The position numbers and the translations under genes are program-made. Positions 12,460 to 24,109 of a stretch of 64,000 nucleotides of DNA are shown in pieces. The notes beneath the pieces are model-generated. The model saw only the letters and a list, made by a program, of their open reading frames with translations, had not been told where the DNA came from and did not search any database. Each line of letters opens with the position of its first letter. Positions within the stretch are counted from its first letter, which is position 1. Origin of the DNA: Malacoraja senta (Eukaryota); NCBI GenBank assembly GCA_038087875.1, contig CM075999.1, positions 1,180,001 to 1,244,000 on the forward strand, in the 5' to 3' direction.

Positions 12460-12719
12460 GACTCAGTCTGGTCTCAACCCGCTACGTCACCGATTCCTCT
12501 TCTCTAGAGATACTGCCTGACCCCTTAGAGTTACTCCAGCTCTTTGTGTCTATCATTGGCCTGCGAATCTTCATCTATCCTAAAACTAACAAAGTTCCTA
12601 GGCTTGTTTTCAGTGTGTTAGTGTGTAGTAGTGATGTGAAACACTCTTGACTCCATAAACCAGTCTTTTTACTGTGTCCCTGAATGTTGCAACACATATG
12701 GGTGGAGTGGTACAGATGG

Positions 12720-13230
12720 TCTGCTTGCCTTCATCAGTCAGGGCATTGAATATAAGAGTCAGGAAGTCATAATGCGGCTTTATAAAACGTTGGCTGGGCT
12801 ACATTTGGCATTTTGTGTACAGTTCTGGTCACTGCATTAGAGAAGGGTTGTGGAGGCTTTGGAAAGGATGCAGGCATTCACCAGAATGATGCCTGGCTTC
12901 GAGGGCATTAGCTGTCAGGAGAGGTTGAACAAACTTGGATCGTTTTGCTCTGGGATGCTGGAGATTGAGAAGAGACCCATGTCTGTCAAAATGTATGTAA
13001 AAATGATGAGAGTCATTGATATGGTAGACAGTCAGAACTTTCTTCCCAGGGAGGGGCGGGTGCCTGGAACGCGCTGCCTGGTATGGAGATGGAAACAGAT
13101 ATGATAGTGGGTATTTAGAGGCTTTCAGAAAAGTATGCGGATATGCAGGGAATGGAGGGATATGTACCACATGCAGACAACGGAGATTAGCCTAACTTGG
13201 CACCGATATTGTGGGTGGAAGGGCCTGTTC
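12720..13230 (+). mobile_element. Decayed CR1 3' fragment
   Basis: ORF 12850 reads ALERMQAFTRMMPGFEGISCQERLNKLG; tail gaagggcctgttcc. Confidence 0.75.
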
Positions 13231-14058
13231 CAGCTTCTATATTAATATTTCTGGTTACTGATCTCTTACAACTCAGCCAGCATCAAGTGCAATACGGAGA
13301 AGACAGATCCAAACTTCGGCTACCCTATGCACATGTTGCTAATGCTGGTCTAGAAAAGTTTTAATCTGAAAATCAGGCCATCTACCCTTCTTTCTCTGTA
13401 CCCCCGCTGGTTTAATTATATCCTTCCTAAAGTAAGGCAACCACAGTATTTCAAATGTGGCCTAACCAACAATTTGTACAATTGTAACTTGACATCCTAA
13501 GTCTTAAACTCAATGCCTCAACCAAAGAAGGCAAGAATACCATAGGCCTTCTTCTACACTCTATCAACCCGTGCCACCATTTTGAGGGAACTATGTACTT
13601 GTATTCCAAAGTCTTGCTGCTCATTAATACTCCACAGGGCCCTGTCATTCATTCTGTTATTTCATGGCCTCGTTTAACTTCCCAAAATGTTTCAAGGGTT
13701 AAACATGTCAATAAGTCTCAGTATGTAATACCATCAGTCTCATAAAAAGCAATGCTCAGATATTAGAAGCGATTGGAACTTGGCAACCAAATTAAGTATG
13801 CAAAGTTATCCTTTTATTGCATTTGACTGAGTCTTTGGCACCTCCATACAGTCTCAATGGCTCCAAGCTGTAAACATACATTATTACCCTGCTTTCCTTC
13901 TCTATAGAGAAATAGCCTTTATCGATCCATTCCAAATTAACTCTCACAAACTTTACTAGCCCCTAGTCATGCATAACGTCCTACAAGATTTATTATCACT
14001 GATTGCAGTTACTTTAACCAGAGCACTTTGTAATGAAAGACAGAATGTGCTGGAGTCA

Positions 14059-14627
14059 AGGGGCTGTCCCACTTGGGCAACGTAATTGGTGAGTTTAGAA
14101 GAGTTTAGGAGAGTTTGAAAAAAATGTCATGTTGAAGACCTCCTTCGACTATGTAGAAGACCTCTTTCGACCTCTTTCGACTATGTTGAAGACTATCTTC
14201 GACTAGCTACGACTAGCTACAACTAACTTCAGGAAAATTGGAGAGTGAAGACGACCTCCTTCGATCTCCTTCGACCTCCTTCGACCTCCCTTCGACTATG
14301 ATGAAGACTATCTACGACTACCTTCGACTTCCCTCGATTACCTATGACTAACATGCTGACCTACTACGACCTACTACGACTAAACCTACGAGTAAAAGAA
14401 GTATCGATTTTTTTCCATGGCGACCTTTTTTTACTCGCGGACATTTTTCAACATGTTGAAAAATACGCCGCAACTTAGCTGAGGCCTCAAGTACACGGGG
14501 ACTATTCTCAAGCATGAAGGAGAGTTACAAAGACCTTCTACGACCTCGTGTTGACCATGCTGCGAGTATGAGTCGGGGGCAAACTCGCCAGAACTCACGG
14601 ATTAGGTCGCCCAAGTGGGACAGCCCC
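14059..14627. mobile_element. Harbinger/PIF-type MITE with internal cgacta/cgacct repeats
   Basis: TIRs ggggctgtcccacttgggc ... gcccaagtgggacagcccc; interrupts a Penelope-derived arm (ggagt | aatcagcgggtcagg). Confidence 0.85.
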
Positions 14628-14776
14628 TTAAATCAGCGGGTCAGGTAGCACCTCTGGAGAACATGGATAGGTGGCGTCTTGGGTTGGGACCCTTCCCAGA
14701 ACGTCACCTTCTCCAGAGATGCTGCCTGACCTCCCCATATCTCTTGATTCCGTTAGCCCCAGGAGCTATATCTGAT

Positions 14777-15094
14777 GGGTCTGTCCCACTTAGGCGATTT
14801 TTTAGGCAACTACAGGTGACTATTTGTCGCCACATGTTCACCGGGGGTCACCGGGAGTAATCTCCTCAGTCGTGCAAAAAGTCGTAGCGTCTTTCTGGTC
14901 GCTGCCAAATTTTCAACATGTTGAAATTTTTTTGGCGACAGTGGGTTTGACGCCAATGAGCGTAGCTTGACTTCTCCTGACGTAGGTGCTGTTGTAGGTT
15001 GTCACCAGGATGACGTAGGTCGTCGCTGGTTTCTCGGTGACCTGCTACGACTATGACAGTCGCCGGCAGTTACCGAAAAAAGTGGGACAGGCCC
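14777..15094. mobile_element. Harbinger/PIF-type MITE
   Basis: gggtctgtcccactt ... aagtgggacaggccc, inside a CR1 tail. Confidence 0.8.
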
Positions 15095-15550
15095 ATTTAC
15101 CCTCTCTTGAAAATATCAACTGAGGTACTGAGCAACTGAGGAAAACATGTACTGAAGTAGAGTGAAATTACTCTGAAGAAGAGCAGATGAAGGATTCAAA
15201 GGTTCGTGAAGTCTGTTCAACGGCAGTGTGAATACTACTTTCATGGCCTCTATTATCTACTTGGCAGCCAGCTCTTTGTTCAATTTCCAATTAACAGTGA
15301 CTGTTCATGCAAAAGAATTGCACCTTTGAGTATTTCAGGTTTATAATACAATTTATTAACAGTGCTATTTTACATATTTAAAGCATCATTAATGCAAAGT
15401 TATGTCATTGGAATGCTTTCAAACAATATGTGGTTAACGAAACACTTCAGGAGATAAGTGTCATGGGTGACAAGTTATAGGTTTAAAGAAGTATCCCAAA
15501 TGAGGAGAGAGCGGCAGAGAACTACAGGATGGGAAGTCCAGATCTGGGAT

Positions 15551-15890
15551 GTAAGTAAGTAAGTAAGTAAGTAAAGTATCCTTTATTGTCATTCAGACCT
15601 TCTGAACGAAATTTCGTGCCTTGCAGTCATTCATATAATAAAATAACAAAAACACACAATAAACACAAATTTAACATCCACCACAGTGAGTTCACCAGGC
15701 ACCTCCTCGCTGTGATGGAAGGCAAAAGTCTTAAAGTCTTTGTCTCGTCCCTCCTTGTTCTCCCTCTGCGCTGAGGCGATCCAGGCTTCCGATGTTGTGA
15801 CCCCGCCGGGTGATTGTAAGTCAGTCCCGCGGCTAAATCCGAGCTCCGTGAACGGGCCGGTTCAAACTCCGCGGCCCGGGGTGGTCGTGA
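15551..15890 (-). mobile_element. 3' fragment of a non-LTR element with a (ttac)n tail
   Basis: (gtaa)n then tttattgtca; shares ttgccttccatcacag.gagg (reverse complement) with 61175-61897. Confidence 0.55.
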
Positions 15891-17080
15891 TGGGGATGTG
15901 CATGAGACCAGAATTAAAACATGGAACATACAACATTGCAGCACAGGAATGGGTCCTTAACCCACAATGTTTATGCCAAACATGATGCCAAGTTAAACTG
16001 ATCTCAAAGATGGACATAAAAACCTGGAGTAACTCAGCAGGTCAGGCAGCACCTCTGGAGAAAAGGATCTCACGATCTCATCTACATGTACATGACACAT
16101 ATCCCTCTATTCCCTGAAATTTCACGTACCTATCTAAAAGTCTCTTAAACGTCTGTAACATACCTGCCTCCACCACTACCCCTGGCATGTGTTTCATGCC
16201 TCCATTACGCTCTGTGACAAAAACTTGCCCTGCACATTCCCATTAAACTTACCCCCTCTCACCTTATGGCTATGCCCTCTAGTGTTGGACATTTCCACCC
16301 TGGGAAAAAAAGGTTCTGACTGTCTACCCGATCTATGACTCTCAGAATTTTAACAAACTTCCACCAAGTCTCCCCAGTACCTCCGACGTTCCAGAGAAAG
16401 AAATTGGAAAGAGAGAATAAAATGACCCAATTCAATTTGCTTCTTAACATCAAGAAGAAAATTAATAAATAGTTAAGGGGAATGCGTTGCATCTACTGTC
16501 TCCGCTTACTGGACCGTGAACAGATGATTGATTCACTCTCACAACAGCGAATATCTCGTCAACACAGAAATGTTAATGTTAAAATTACCGTAAATATGTT
16601 AGACAAAAACATTCTATAATTTATCTATGAGGGTTGTACTGTGTAGCAAATAATTTTATCTACATTTAAATGCTTCAGCCCCAACTGACAATTTAACAAA
16701 CGTTGTGTATATTAAATGATGATTAGAAGTAAAATCACAGCAGACATCTTACGTGCAAATGTAACTAGTCTAACAAAGAGAAATTAATGATAATTTAGAT
16801 TTAATTTTTTTTCAATGATAATTGAAATCAAATAATTATGAAATCCTAAAATGAAGGCACATTGCACATCAGGTTGACCTTAAAAAATTTAGTTTAGTTT
16901 AGTTTCGAGAGACAGCATGAAAACAAGCCCTTCAGCTCATCAACTCAACTCGGACTAGTGATCACCATACACTAACTAGTTCATGCCTCTATCACTCTCT
17001 GTGACAAAAACCTGCCCCGCACATCCCCATTAAACTTCCCCCCTCTCACCTTATGGCTATGCCCTCTAGTGTTGGACATT

Positions 17081-17200
17081 TCTGAAGAAGGGTTTCGGCC
17101 CGAAACGTTGCCTATTTCCTTCGCTCCATAGATGCTGCCGCACCCGCTGAGTTTCTCCAGCATTTATGTCTACCTTCGATTTTCCAGCATCTGCAGTTCC
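17081..17200 (+). mobile_element. Penelope terminal-repeat unit with hammerhead-like core
   Basis: CTGAAGA at 17082-17088, stem ggg-tttcgg-ccc, GAAACGTT at 17102-17109, then the same terminal-repeat sequence as the 6688 element. Confidence 0.8.
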
Positions 17201-18235
17201 TAGGGGCAATTTACAGAAGCCAATTAACCTACAACCCTGCACGCCTTTGGAATGTGGGAGGAAACCGGAGCTCCTGGAGAAAACCCATGTGGTCACAGGG
17301 AGAATGTACAAACTCCGTACAGACAGCACCCGTAGTCAGGAACCCGGGTCTCTGGTGCTGTGAGGAGGCATCTCTACTGCTGCGCCACTGTATCGCAGAT
17401 CAGAAATATTCCAAAATCCATCAAAGAATGCTGACTATTCACCATAGAGTCAGCGTGTTATCACAGCACGGAAACAGGCCCTTCGGCCCACCTTGTCCAT
17501 ACTGACCAAGGATGCAGATGAGGCTAGTCTTGTTTGCTTGCATTTGGCCCATGGCCCTCCAGAGCCTTCCTATTAATGCATCTGTCCAAATTGATGAAGG
17601 TTTTTGTATGAGTTATGCCACTGCTGTAAGACTGGTGTCTTCCCAAGCCTACTTACATTTAAAATGGTCCAATAAATGAAAGTACTAAGGACTTCTAAAA
17701 GGACCAAAATTGTTTGGTGTCCTTTATATTTACTTGTGTTTGAGAGATAACAGCAACCTTTATGTAACAGTTAAATTTATGATACCCTTCTCTTTATCTT
17801 TAACCTCTATTCGACATGCTGAGCCGTTTCATACTAATGAGCTTCACAAGAGTTAATTCCCTTAATATCTGAGGACACTTGACTTTTCGTGACTGAGAAG
17901 GTGACCTTTCCACAACTACAGTTTCTATCTCTGTGATATATCTGCCAAGGTCTGCTTACTCTTCCCGAACTGCAGTGCCAACATGCTAAGGGGTGGCACA
18001 GCGGTAGAGTTGCTGCCTTACCGCACCATGAGACTCTGGGATCTGAAGAAAGGGTCCGACCCAAAACATCAACTATTCCTTTTCTGCAGAGATGCTGCCT
18101 GACCCATTGCATTACCCCAGCAATTTGTGTCTGCTCATCTATCACCTACCAGCCTCTGTCTCACCTCTCCCGTCCACTTCTATGTTTTGGCCATCTTCCC
18201 TCCTCTCCACTCCCATCCCTGTTGCAGGATCTCAA

Positions 18236-18779
18236 TGTTAGGCGCTCCCCCTCCTGGTCAATGTTATGTATTAACCTTTCTCTGTTTCTTTCCCGAGTGC
18301 AGGCTAAAAGGCTCCTGTACCCGATTGGCCAAGCTGCGTCAGGTGACGGGTGACTCATCTGAAGTATAAATAGCAGAGTTCCCAGAATTCTCGCTCTCTC
18401 TTCGACGACCCTGCCTCGTGAGCTGATCGCTGGTGTGAGCTGTGGAAGACCTGGCCACAAGGCATAGAACTTCGTGTAATTTCAACATTACGTAGTACCA
18501 AATATTGAATTGGGCTGTCCTTAGAAGTTATCGGTATTTTGTTTCAGGGATAGCTTTCTTTTAGGCAGGTTTAGAGTCTCAGGTTCGACGGTCCATCGCG
18601 TGGCTGGCCTGAGCACCTTTAAGTTGTTTGTTAATCCATTCATATCCTTGTCTGGGTTGTTTGGATCAGGTTTGGGTTTTGGTGTGTTATTAAATAAATT
18701 AAACTATTTTTTATCTTAAACCTGGCTTTTGAACTGTGTTACGCGGCTCTGGATTGCCTGCTTTCGGGGAGTCGTAACA
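18236..18779 (+). repeat. 5' LTR
   Basis: tgttaggc...gtcgtaaca; contains attgg (inverted CCAAT), tgactca, tataaat and aataaa; I count 8 mismatches to the 3' LTR. Confidence 0.97.
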
Positions 18780-18782
18780 AAA

Positions 18783-18795
18783 TGGGGGCTCGTCC
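18783..18795 (+). promoter_or_regulatory. Primer-binding site, tRNA-Pro
   Basis: TGGGGGCTCGTCC 3 nt after the LTR; equals the first 13 nt of the tRNA-Pro PBS known from MLV. Confidence 0.88.
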
Positions 18796-18957
18796 TAAGT
18801 TTTGAGGACCCTAGACGTTTTTTTTTTTTTTTTTTTGGAAGGCTTCTGGTGACTGAGGAAGTCTGTGTGTAGTGAGGGAAATTTTTCTTCCCTGTTTGTG
18901 GTAGCATTGGTGCCCAGGGTTTAGCTGGTGCTTTGGCTACATTTGATATGGAGTCTA

Positions 18958-19473
18958 AATGGAAGGACTTTATTGAGGCTCCTAGTCGGGAGTTGTTTGA
19001 TCGAGGTACGAAGGAGCATTTGATTTTTCTGGCAGGGAACTATGAAGTGCCTATTGACCCACATGCAAAGAAACAAGCAATTAAATCGGTGTTGTGGGCT
19101 GCGTTGGTGGAGAAGGGGGTTTTGTCTGGCTGTGCAGACAGTCCCACACCTTCTGTTCAGCCTGGTCAGGACATGGAGGCAGTCATAAGGGTGAAGGAGT
19201 TGGAGCTAAAAAGGGCAGAGATTCAGCTGCGTGCGGCTGAGGAGGAAACCAAGAGGGCACAGATTAGGCTGCGGGAGAAAGAATTAGATATGATTATGGA
19301 AGACTTTGGGAACTGTCTCCCTGAGAGGGTTACTGCTTACCTTAATGAGCAGAAAGTGAATGAGGTGTCTAAGGCCACGGTGTTGGCAGATGAGTATGTA
19401 TTGACTCATAAAGCTGATTTTGTTGGGCGCTCCTATAGTTTTGGTGCATGGCCGGTTGATCGTGGTGGTGTCA
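18958..19473 (+). pseudogene. gag N-terminal part, interrupted by an insertion (start coordinate approximate)
   Basis: Coiled-coil ELELKRAE and EDFGNCLPERV...LADEY segment; rejoins ORF 19766 in frame once 19474-19754 is removed. Confidence 0.75.
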
Positions 19474-19754
19474 CACCAGCTCACACCAGCGATCAGCTCA
19501 CGAGGCAGGGTCGTCGAAGAGAGAGCGAGAATTCTGGGAACTCTGCTATTTATACTTCAGATGAGTCACCCGTCACCTGACGCAGCTTGGCCAATCGGGT
19601 ACAGGAGCCTTTTAGCCTGCACTCGATGAAAATTCAGCACATGAAAAGTGACGAACCTTCAGGACACGAAAAGCGACGAAAATTCAGCACGCGAAAAGTG
19701 ATGACATTTAAGAACATGAAAAGCGACGAAGATTCAGCACGCGAAACAGTGTCA
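19469..19754 (-). mobile_element. About 280-bp insert in gag: inverted LTR promoter segment plus 25-bp tandem repeats
   Basis: 19477-19625 is the reverse complement of LTR 18294-18442; 19626-19748 is gaaaagcgacgaaaattcagcacgc-type units; flanked by gtgtca direct repeats. Confidence 0.9.
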
Positions 19755-19765
19755 AAGGTGCATCT

Positions 19766-21757
19766 GTGCCTGCAAGTGGCAGCACGTTGATACAGAGGGA
19801 GGTCCGAGCTCATAGGGTGGACGGAAATTTGAGGACTAGCGAAGGTCCTGTGTGCTACTATTGTAGAGGGAGAGGGCACATGTTAAAGGCGTGTCCCGTT
19901 CTGCAGCAGAAAAAGGAAAAGCCTGTGGCTTTGGTGGGTACACACAAGGCACCTGTGGTACCTGAGGTGCCTGAGTCTGATAAGTGTAGGGATGATTCTG
20001 CGTTCAGCATGAATGATTTTGTTTCTCTGGAGGATGGGGGTGATAGAGTTCCAGTATCCATCTTGCGTGATACTGGTGCTACTCAGTCCTTTATATTGGA
20101 TAGTGTACTGCCGTTTTCTGCGGAATCATCGGTTGGGTCAAGTGTCCCTGTGGTAGGATTTGGGATGGATGACATGGTAGTACCTTTGCATACCGTGAGT
20201 CTCGAGTCCGAGTTGGTTTCAGGCCGGGTAACTGTTGGGTTACGGCCGTGTTTTCCCGTTGAGGGAGTTTCAGTAATTTTGGGGAATGACTTGGCAGGAG
20301 GTAGAGTTTTAGTTACTCCTGATGTAACGGCTGTTCCGATGGTGCAGAGTCCTGATGGGTTGGCTATGCAGCATCCGAAGGTCTTCGCAGCTTGTGCTGT
20401 CACGAGGGCTATGGCTAAGGGCCAGGCGAAGTTTGAGGATGTAGTGGACCCAAGTGAGAGCATTTTTGGGGATCAGGATGATGGATCCTGTGTGTTGAAG
20501 GGTGTTTCTACATCTCAAGAGTGGATAGTGACTGAAAGTGGGCCGGTGTCGCTGTCACGTGACTGGCTGGTTGAGGAGCAAAAGAGTGATCCAGATTTAT
20601 CTGAGCTGTTCGACCGCGCGGTGCCTGAGGGGGATATGGATTCCACAGCAAAGGGGTGTTTTCTAAGGGAGGGCTTACTGAAGCGAAAGTGGTCTCCCTT
20701 GGATGTATCTGGGCATGATGATTGGAGCGTGGTTGATCAGATTGTGATACCTCGTCGGTATAGGGACGAGATACTCTGTTTGGCTCATGATGGTCCTCTG
20801 GGTGGACATTCGGGAGTCAATAAGACGAATGACCGTATCTTACGGAATTTTTTTTGGCCAGGGTTGAAAAGGGACGTGAAACAGCATTGCAGGTGTTGTC
20901 ACATTTGCCAGGTGGCAGGAAAGCCAAACCAATCGATTGTTCCTGCACCTTTATGTCCAATCCCTGTGGTCGGTGAGCCGTTGGAGCGGATTTTAGTTGA
21001 TTGTGTGGGTCCTCTACCTCGGACAAAGGTGGGCAACAAGTTTCTATTGACAATTATGTGTGCGTCTACCCGCTTTCTGGAGGTGGTCCCTTTGCGTAGA
21101 ATTACTGCCCCTACCATTGTGAAGTCTCTCACTAAGTTTTTGTTGTTGTTCGGTTTACCCAAGGTGGTGCAGAGTGACCAAGGTTCCAGCTTCATGTCGA
21201 AGGTTTTTGGTCAGGTAATGAAGTGGTTCGACAGGAAGGCTTCTAGTAGGAATGTTTCTCCAGGTGACAAGGTCCTGGTGTTGTTGCCTATTCCTGGTTC
21301 CAGTCTACAGGCTCGGTATAGCGGTGCCTATCAGGTGGTTAAGAAGGTTGGTGAAAGGGATTATGTTATTGGTACCCCTGATCGAAGGCGTAAGACCCAG
21401 CTCTGTCATGTCAACATGATGAAGCAGTACCATGAGCAGGAGCCTGTGGAGGTTTATGGGGAGGTGCTGTGTCCTTCGGTTTCATCTAAGCCTGTTTTGG
21501 CTGCAGTGGTGCTGCCCCCCGACACTGGTGGTGATGTGGGTGAGGCACGGTTGTCGGTGGCAGTGACGCAGGGAAGGCTGTGTAACTCTGAGGCTTTGGA
21601 GTCGCGTCCCTTGCGGTTGTCGCTTTTGACTGAAAGTCAGCGGGGTGATCTGCTTGCTTTGGTGAAGTCAAATGGGTCACTGTTCTCGGATGTGCCTTCT
21701 CAGACGTCTGTGCTGCAGCATGACATTGACGTGGCTGGTACTGCGCCAATTAAATAG
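19766..21757 (+). pseudogene. gag zinc knuckle - protease - integrase
   Basis: CYYCRGRGHMLKAC, LRDTGA, HDGPLGGH...CHIC, VDCVGP, SDQG; the jump GQVM|KWFDRKA suggests an in-frame deletion through the integrase core; premature TAG in PIK*HPYR. Confidence 0.9.
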
Positions 21758-23016
21758 CATCCTTATCGGGTCAACCCTGGCAAGCGTCATCGTCTAGGGA
21801 GTCAGGTTGACTATATGCTGCGGCATAGCATTGCTGAACCTTTTTGTAGTCCGTGGAGTTCTCCGTGTCTACTGGCTATGAAGGCTAATGGGGAGGACAG
21901 GTTTTGCACAGACTTCCGGAAAGTCAATGCGGTAACTAAGCCGGATTGCTATCCTCTCCCACGAATGGAGGATTGCGTGGATCGTGTGGGAAGTGCATCT
22001 TGTGTATCCAAATTAGACTTGTTAAAGGGGTATTGGCAAGTTCCCTTGACTGGGCGGGCGAGGGAGATCTCTGCGTTCGTTACGCCTGATAACTTTCTGC
22101 AGTATACGGTGATGGCATTTGGGATGCGCAATGCGCCGGCAACCTTCCAACGGTTGGTGAACATTGTATTGTCTGGTTTGACCTTCTGTGAGGCATACCT
22201 TGATGATTTGGCTGTGTGCTCCAGGTCGCGGATCGAACACATCGGTCATCTGAAGGAGGTATTCCATCGTCTAGCGGAGGCAAAGCTAACTATCAATCTG
22301 GGGAAGTGTGAATTTGGCCAGGCCACGGTAACGTATCTGGGTAAGGTTGTGGGCCGGGTCAGGTTCGCACTCTCAAGGAGAAGGTGGAGCATATTGTCGC
22401 ATTTCCTGCTCCAACCTCGAGGACTGAACTCCGTAGGTATCTGGCTATGGTTGGGTACTATAGGGGATTCTGTCCAAACTTCTCTGCGGTGGCTGCCCCT
22501 TTGACGGATTTGCTGAGTCCGAAGGTAGATTTTGTGTTGTCCGCAGAGTGTCAACAAGCTTTTGAGCATACTAAAAGTCTTCTGGTGCGCGCACCTGTGC
22601 TTGCGGCACCTGATTTTGAGCGTCCATTTAAGCTGGCAGTGGATGCTAGTGATCGTGGGGTTGGGGGAGTTCTTCTACAGGATGATTCAGAGGGGGTGGA
22701 GCATCCAGTTTCGTACTTCTCTAAGAAGTTTAATCGGCATCAGAAGTGGTACTCCACCGTTGAGAAAGAGGCCCTTGCTATGTTGATGTCTCCGAGTCAT
22801 TTCGAGGTTTATGTTGGCTCCTCGAATGTCCCTGTCATCATACTCACGGATCATAATCCGTTGGTATTTTTGAATAATATGAAGAATAAGAACCGGCGGT
22901 TAATGAGCTGGAGTTTGCAGCTGCAAGACTACAACCTGGAGGTCAGGCATATCCGTGGCAAGGATAATGTCTTGGCTGACGCATTGTCACGCCAGTGGAG
23001 TTTAGCTCCTGAATAG
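21758..23016 (+). pseudogene. Reverse transcriptase - RNase H, frameshifted near 22350-22385
   Basis: SPWSSP, RFCTDFRKVN, LDLLKGYWQ, MAFGMRNAPATFQ, YLDD; DASDRGVGGVL, EKEALA, TDHNPL, NVLADALSR. Confidence 0.92.
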
Positions 23017-23082
23017 TTTCGGGGATTTGGTGGTGTTTTTTCTCTCTTCTTCCGAAACTTATTCAGTATCTTTGGGTGGGGG

Positions 23083-23626
23083 TGTTAGGCGCTCCCCCTC
23101 CTGGTCAATGTTATGTATTAACCTTTCTCTGTTTCTTTCCCGAGTGCAGGCTAAAAGGCTCCTGTACCCGATTGGCCAAGCTGCGTCAGGTGACGGGTGA
23201 CTCATCTGAAGTATAAATAGCAGAGTTCCCAGAATTCTCGCTCTCTCTTCGACGACCCTGCCTCGTGAGCTGATCGCTGGTGTGAGCTGTGGAAGACCTG
23301 GCCACATGGCATAGAACTTCGTGTAATTTCAACATTATGTAGTACCAAATATTGAATTGGGCTGTCCTTAGAAGTTATCGGTATTTTGTTTCAGGGATAG
23401 CTTTCTTTTAGGCAGGTTTAGAGTCTCAGGTTCGACGGTCCATCGCGTGGCTGGCCTGAGCACTTTTAAGTTGTTTGTTAATCCATTCATATCCTTGTCT
23501 GGGTTGTTTGAATCAGGTTTGGGTTTTGGTGTGTTATTAAATAAATTAAACTATTTTTTAACTTAAACCTGGCTTTTGAACTGTGTTACGTGGCTCTGGA
23601 TTGCTTGCTTTCAGGGAGTCGTAACA
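23083..23626 (+). repeat. 3' LTR, preceded by PPT gggtggggg (23074-23082)
   Basis: Direct repeat of 18236-18779. Confidence 0.97.
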
Positions 23627-23787
23627 CTCAACCTGAAACGTCAACCATCACTTTGCCACCACAGATACTGCTTGATCCACAGGATTCTTCCAGGAGTTCA
23701 TTTCTTGCCTTTGTGTCCTAGGATCTATTCATATGAATGTAGCAACATCCTACCTCTGCATGGGTCATTTCACAAATGACCCATTTA

Positions 23788-24109
23788 GTGGCGGCAGTGG
23801 TGCAGTGGTAGAGTTGCTGCCTTACAGCCCTTGCAGCACCGGAGACCTGGGTTCGATCCCGACTACGGGTGCTGTCTGTACGGAGTTTGTACGTTCTCAC
23901 CGTGGCCGCGTGGGTTTTCTCCGAGATCTTCGGTTTCCTCCCACACTCCAAAGACGTACAGGTTTGTAGGTTAATTGGCTTGGTATAAGTGTAAATTGTC
24001 CCTGGTGTGTTTAGGATGGCGCCAATGTGCGGGGATCGCTGGTCGGTGCGGACTCGGTGGGCCAAAGGGCCTGCTTCTTTCTGCGCTGTATCTCTAAACT
24101 AAACTAAAC
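23788..24109 (+). mobile_element. HE1-like V-SINE, full length
   Basis: Box A/B-like head, V domain, tail gctgtatctctaaactaaactaaac. Confidence 0.9.

Larger units (their letters stand above)
18236..23626 (+). mobile_element. Gmr1-like Ty3/Gypsy LTR retrotransposon, defective
   Basis: Two 544-bp TG...CA LTRs, 5-bp TSD ctcaa (18231-18235 and 23627-23631), PBS, PPT, domain order gag-PR-IN-RT-RH. Confidence 0.95.

Noticed and set aside
11923..12520. Pro/Ser/Leu-rich ORFs of 194 and 177 aa
   Set aside because: They are translations of a stop-free 11-bp minisatellite.
18161..18460. Peptide QLTPAISSRGRVV... appearing in three ORFs
   Set aside because: It reflects the two LTRs and the inverted LTR segment, not a gene family.
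19626..19748. 25-bp repeats as a CRISPR-like array
   Set aside because: Units are tandem with no unique spacers, and the context is eukaryotic.
23788..23870. tRNA genes at the SINE heads
   Set aside because: Box A/B heads run directly into SINE bodies, and no complete cloverleaf is evident.
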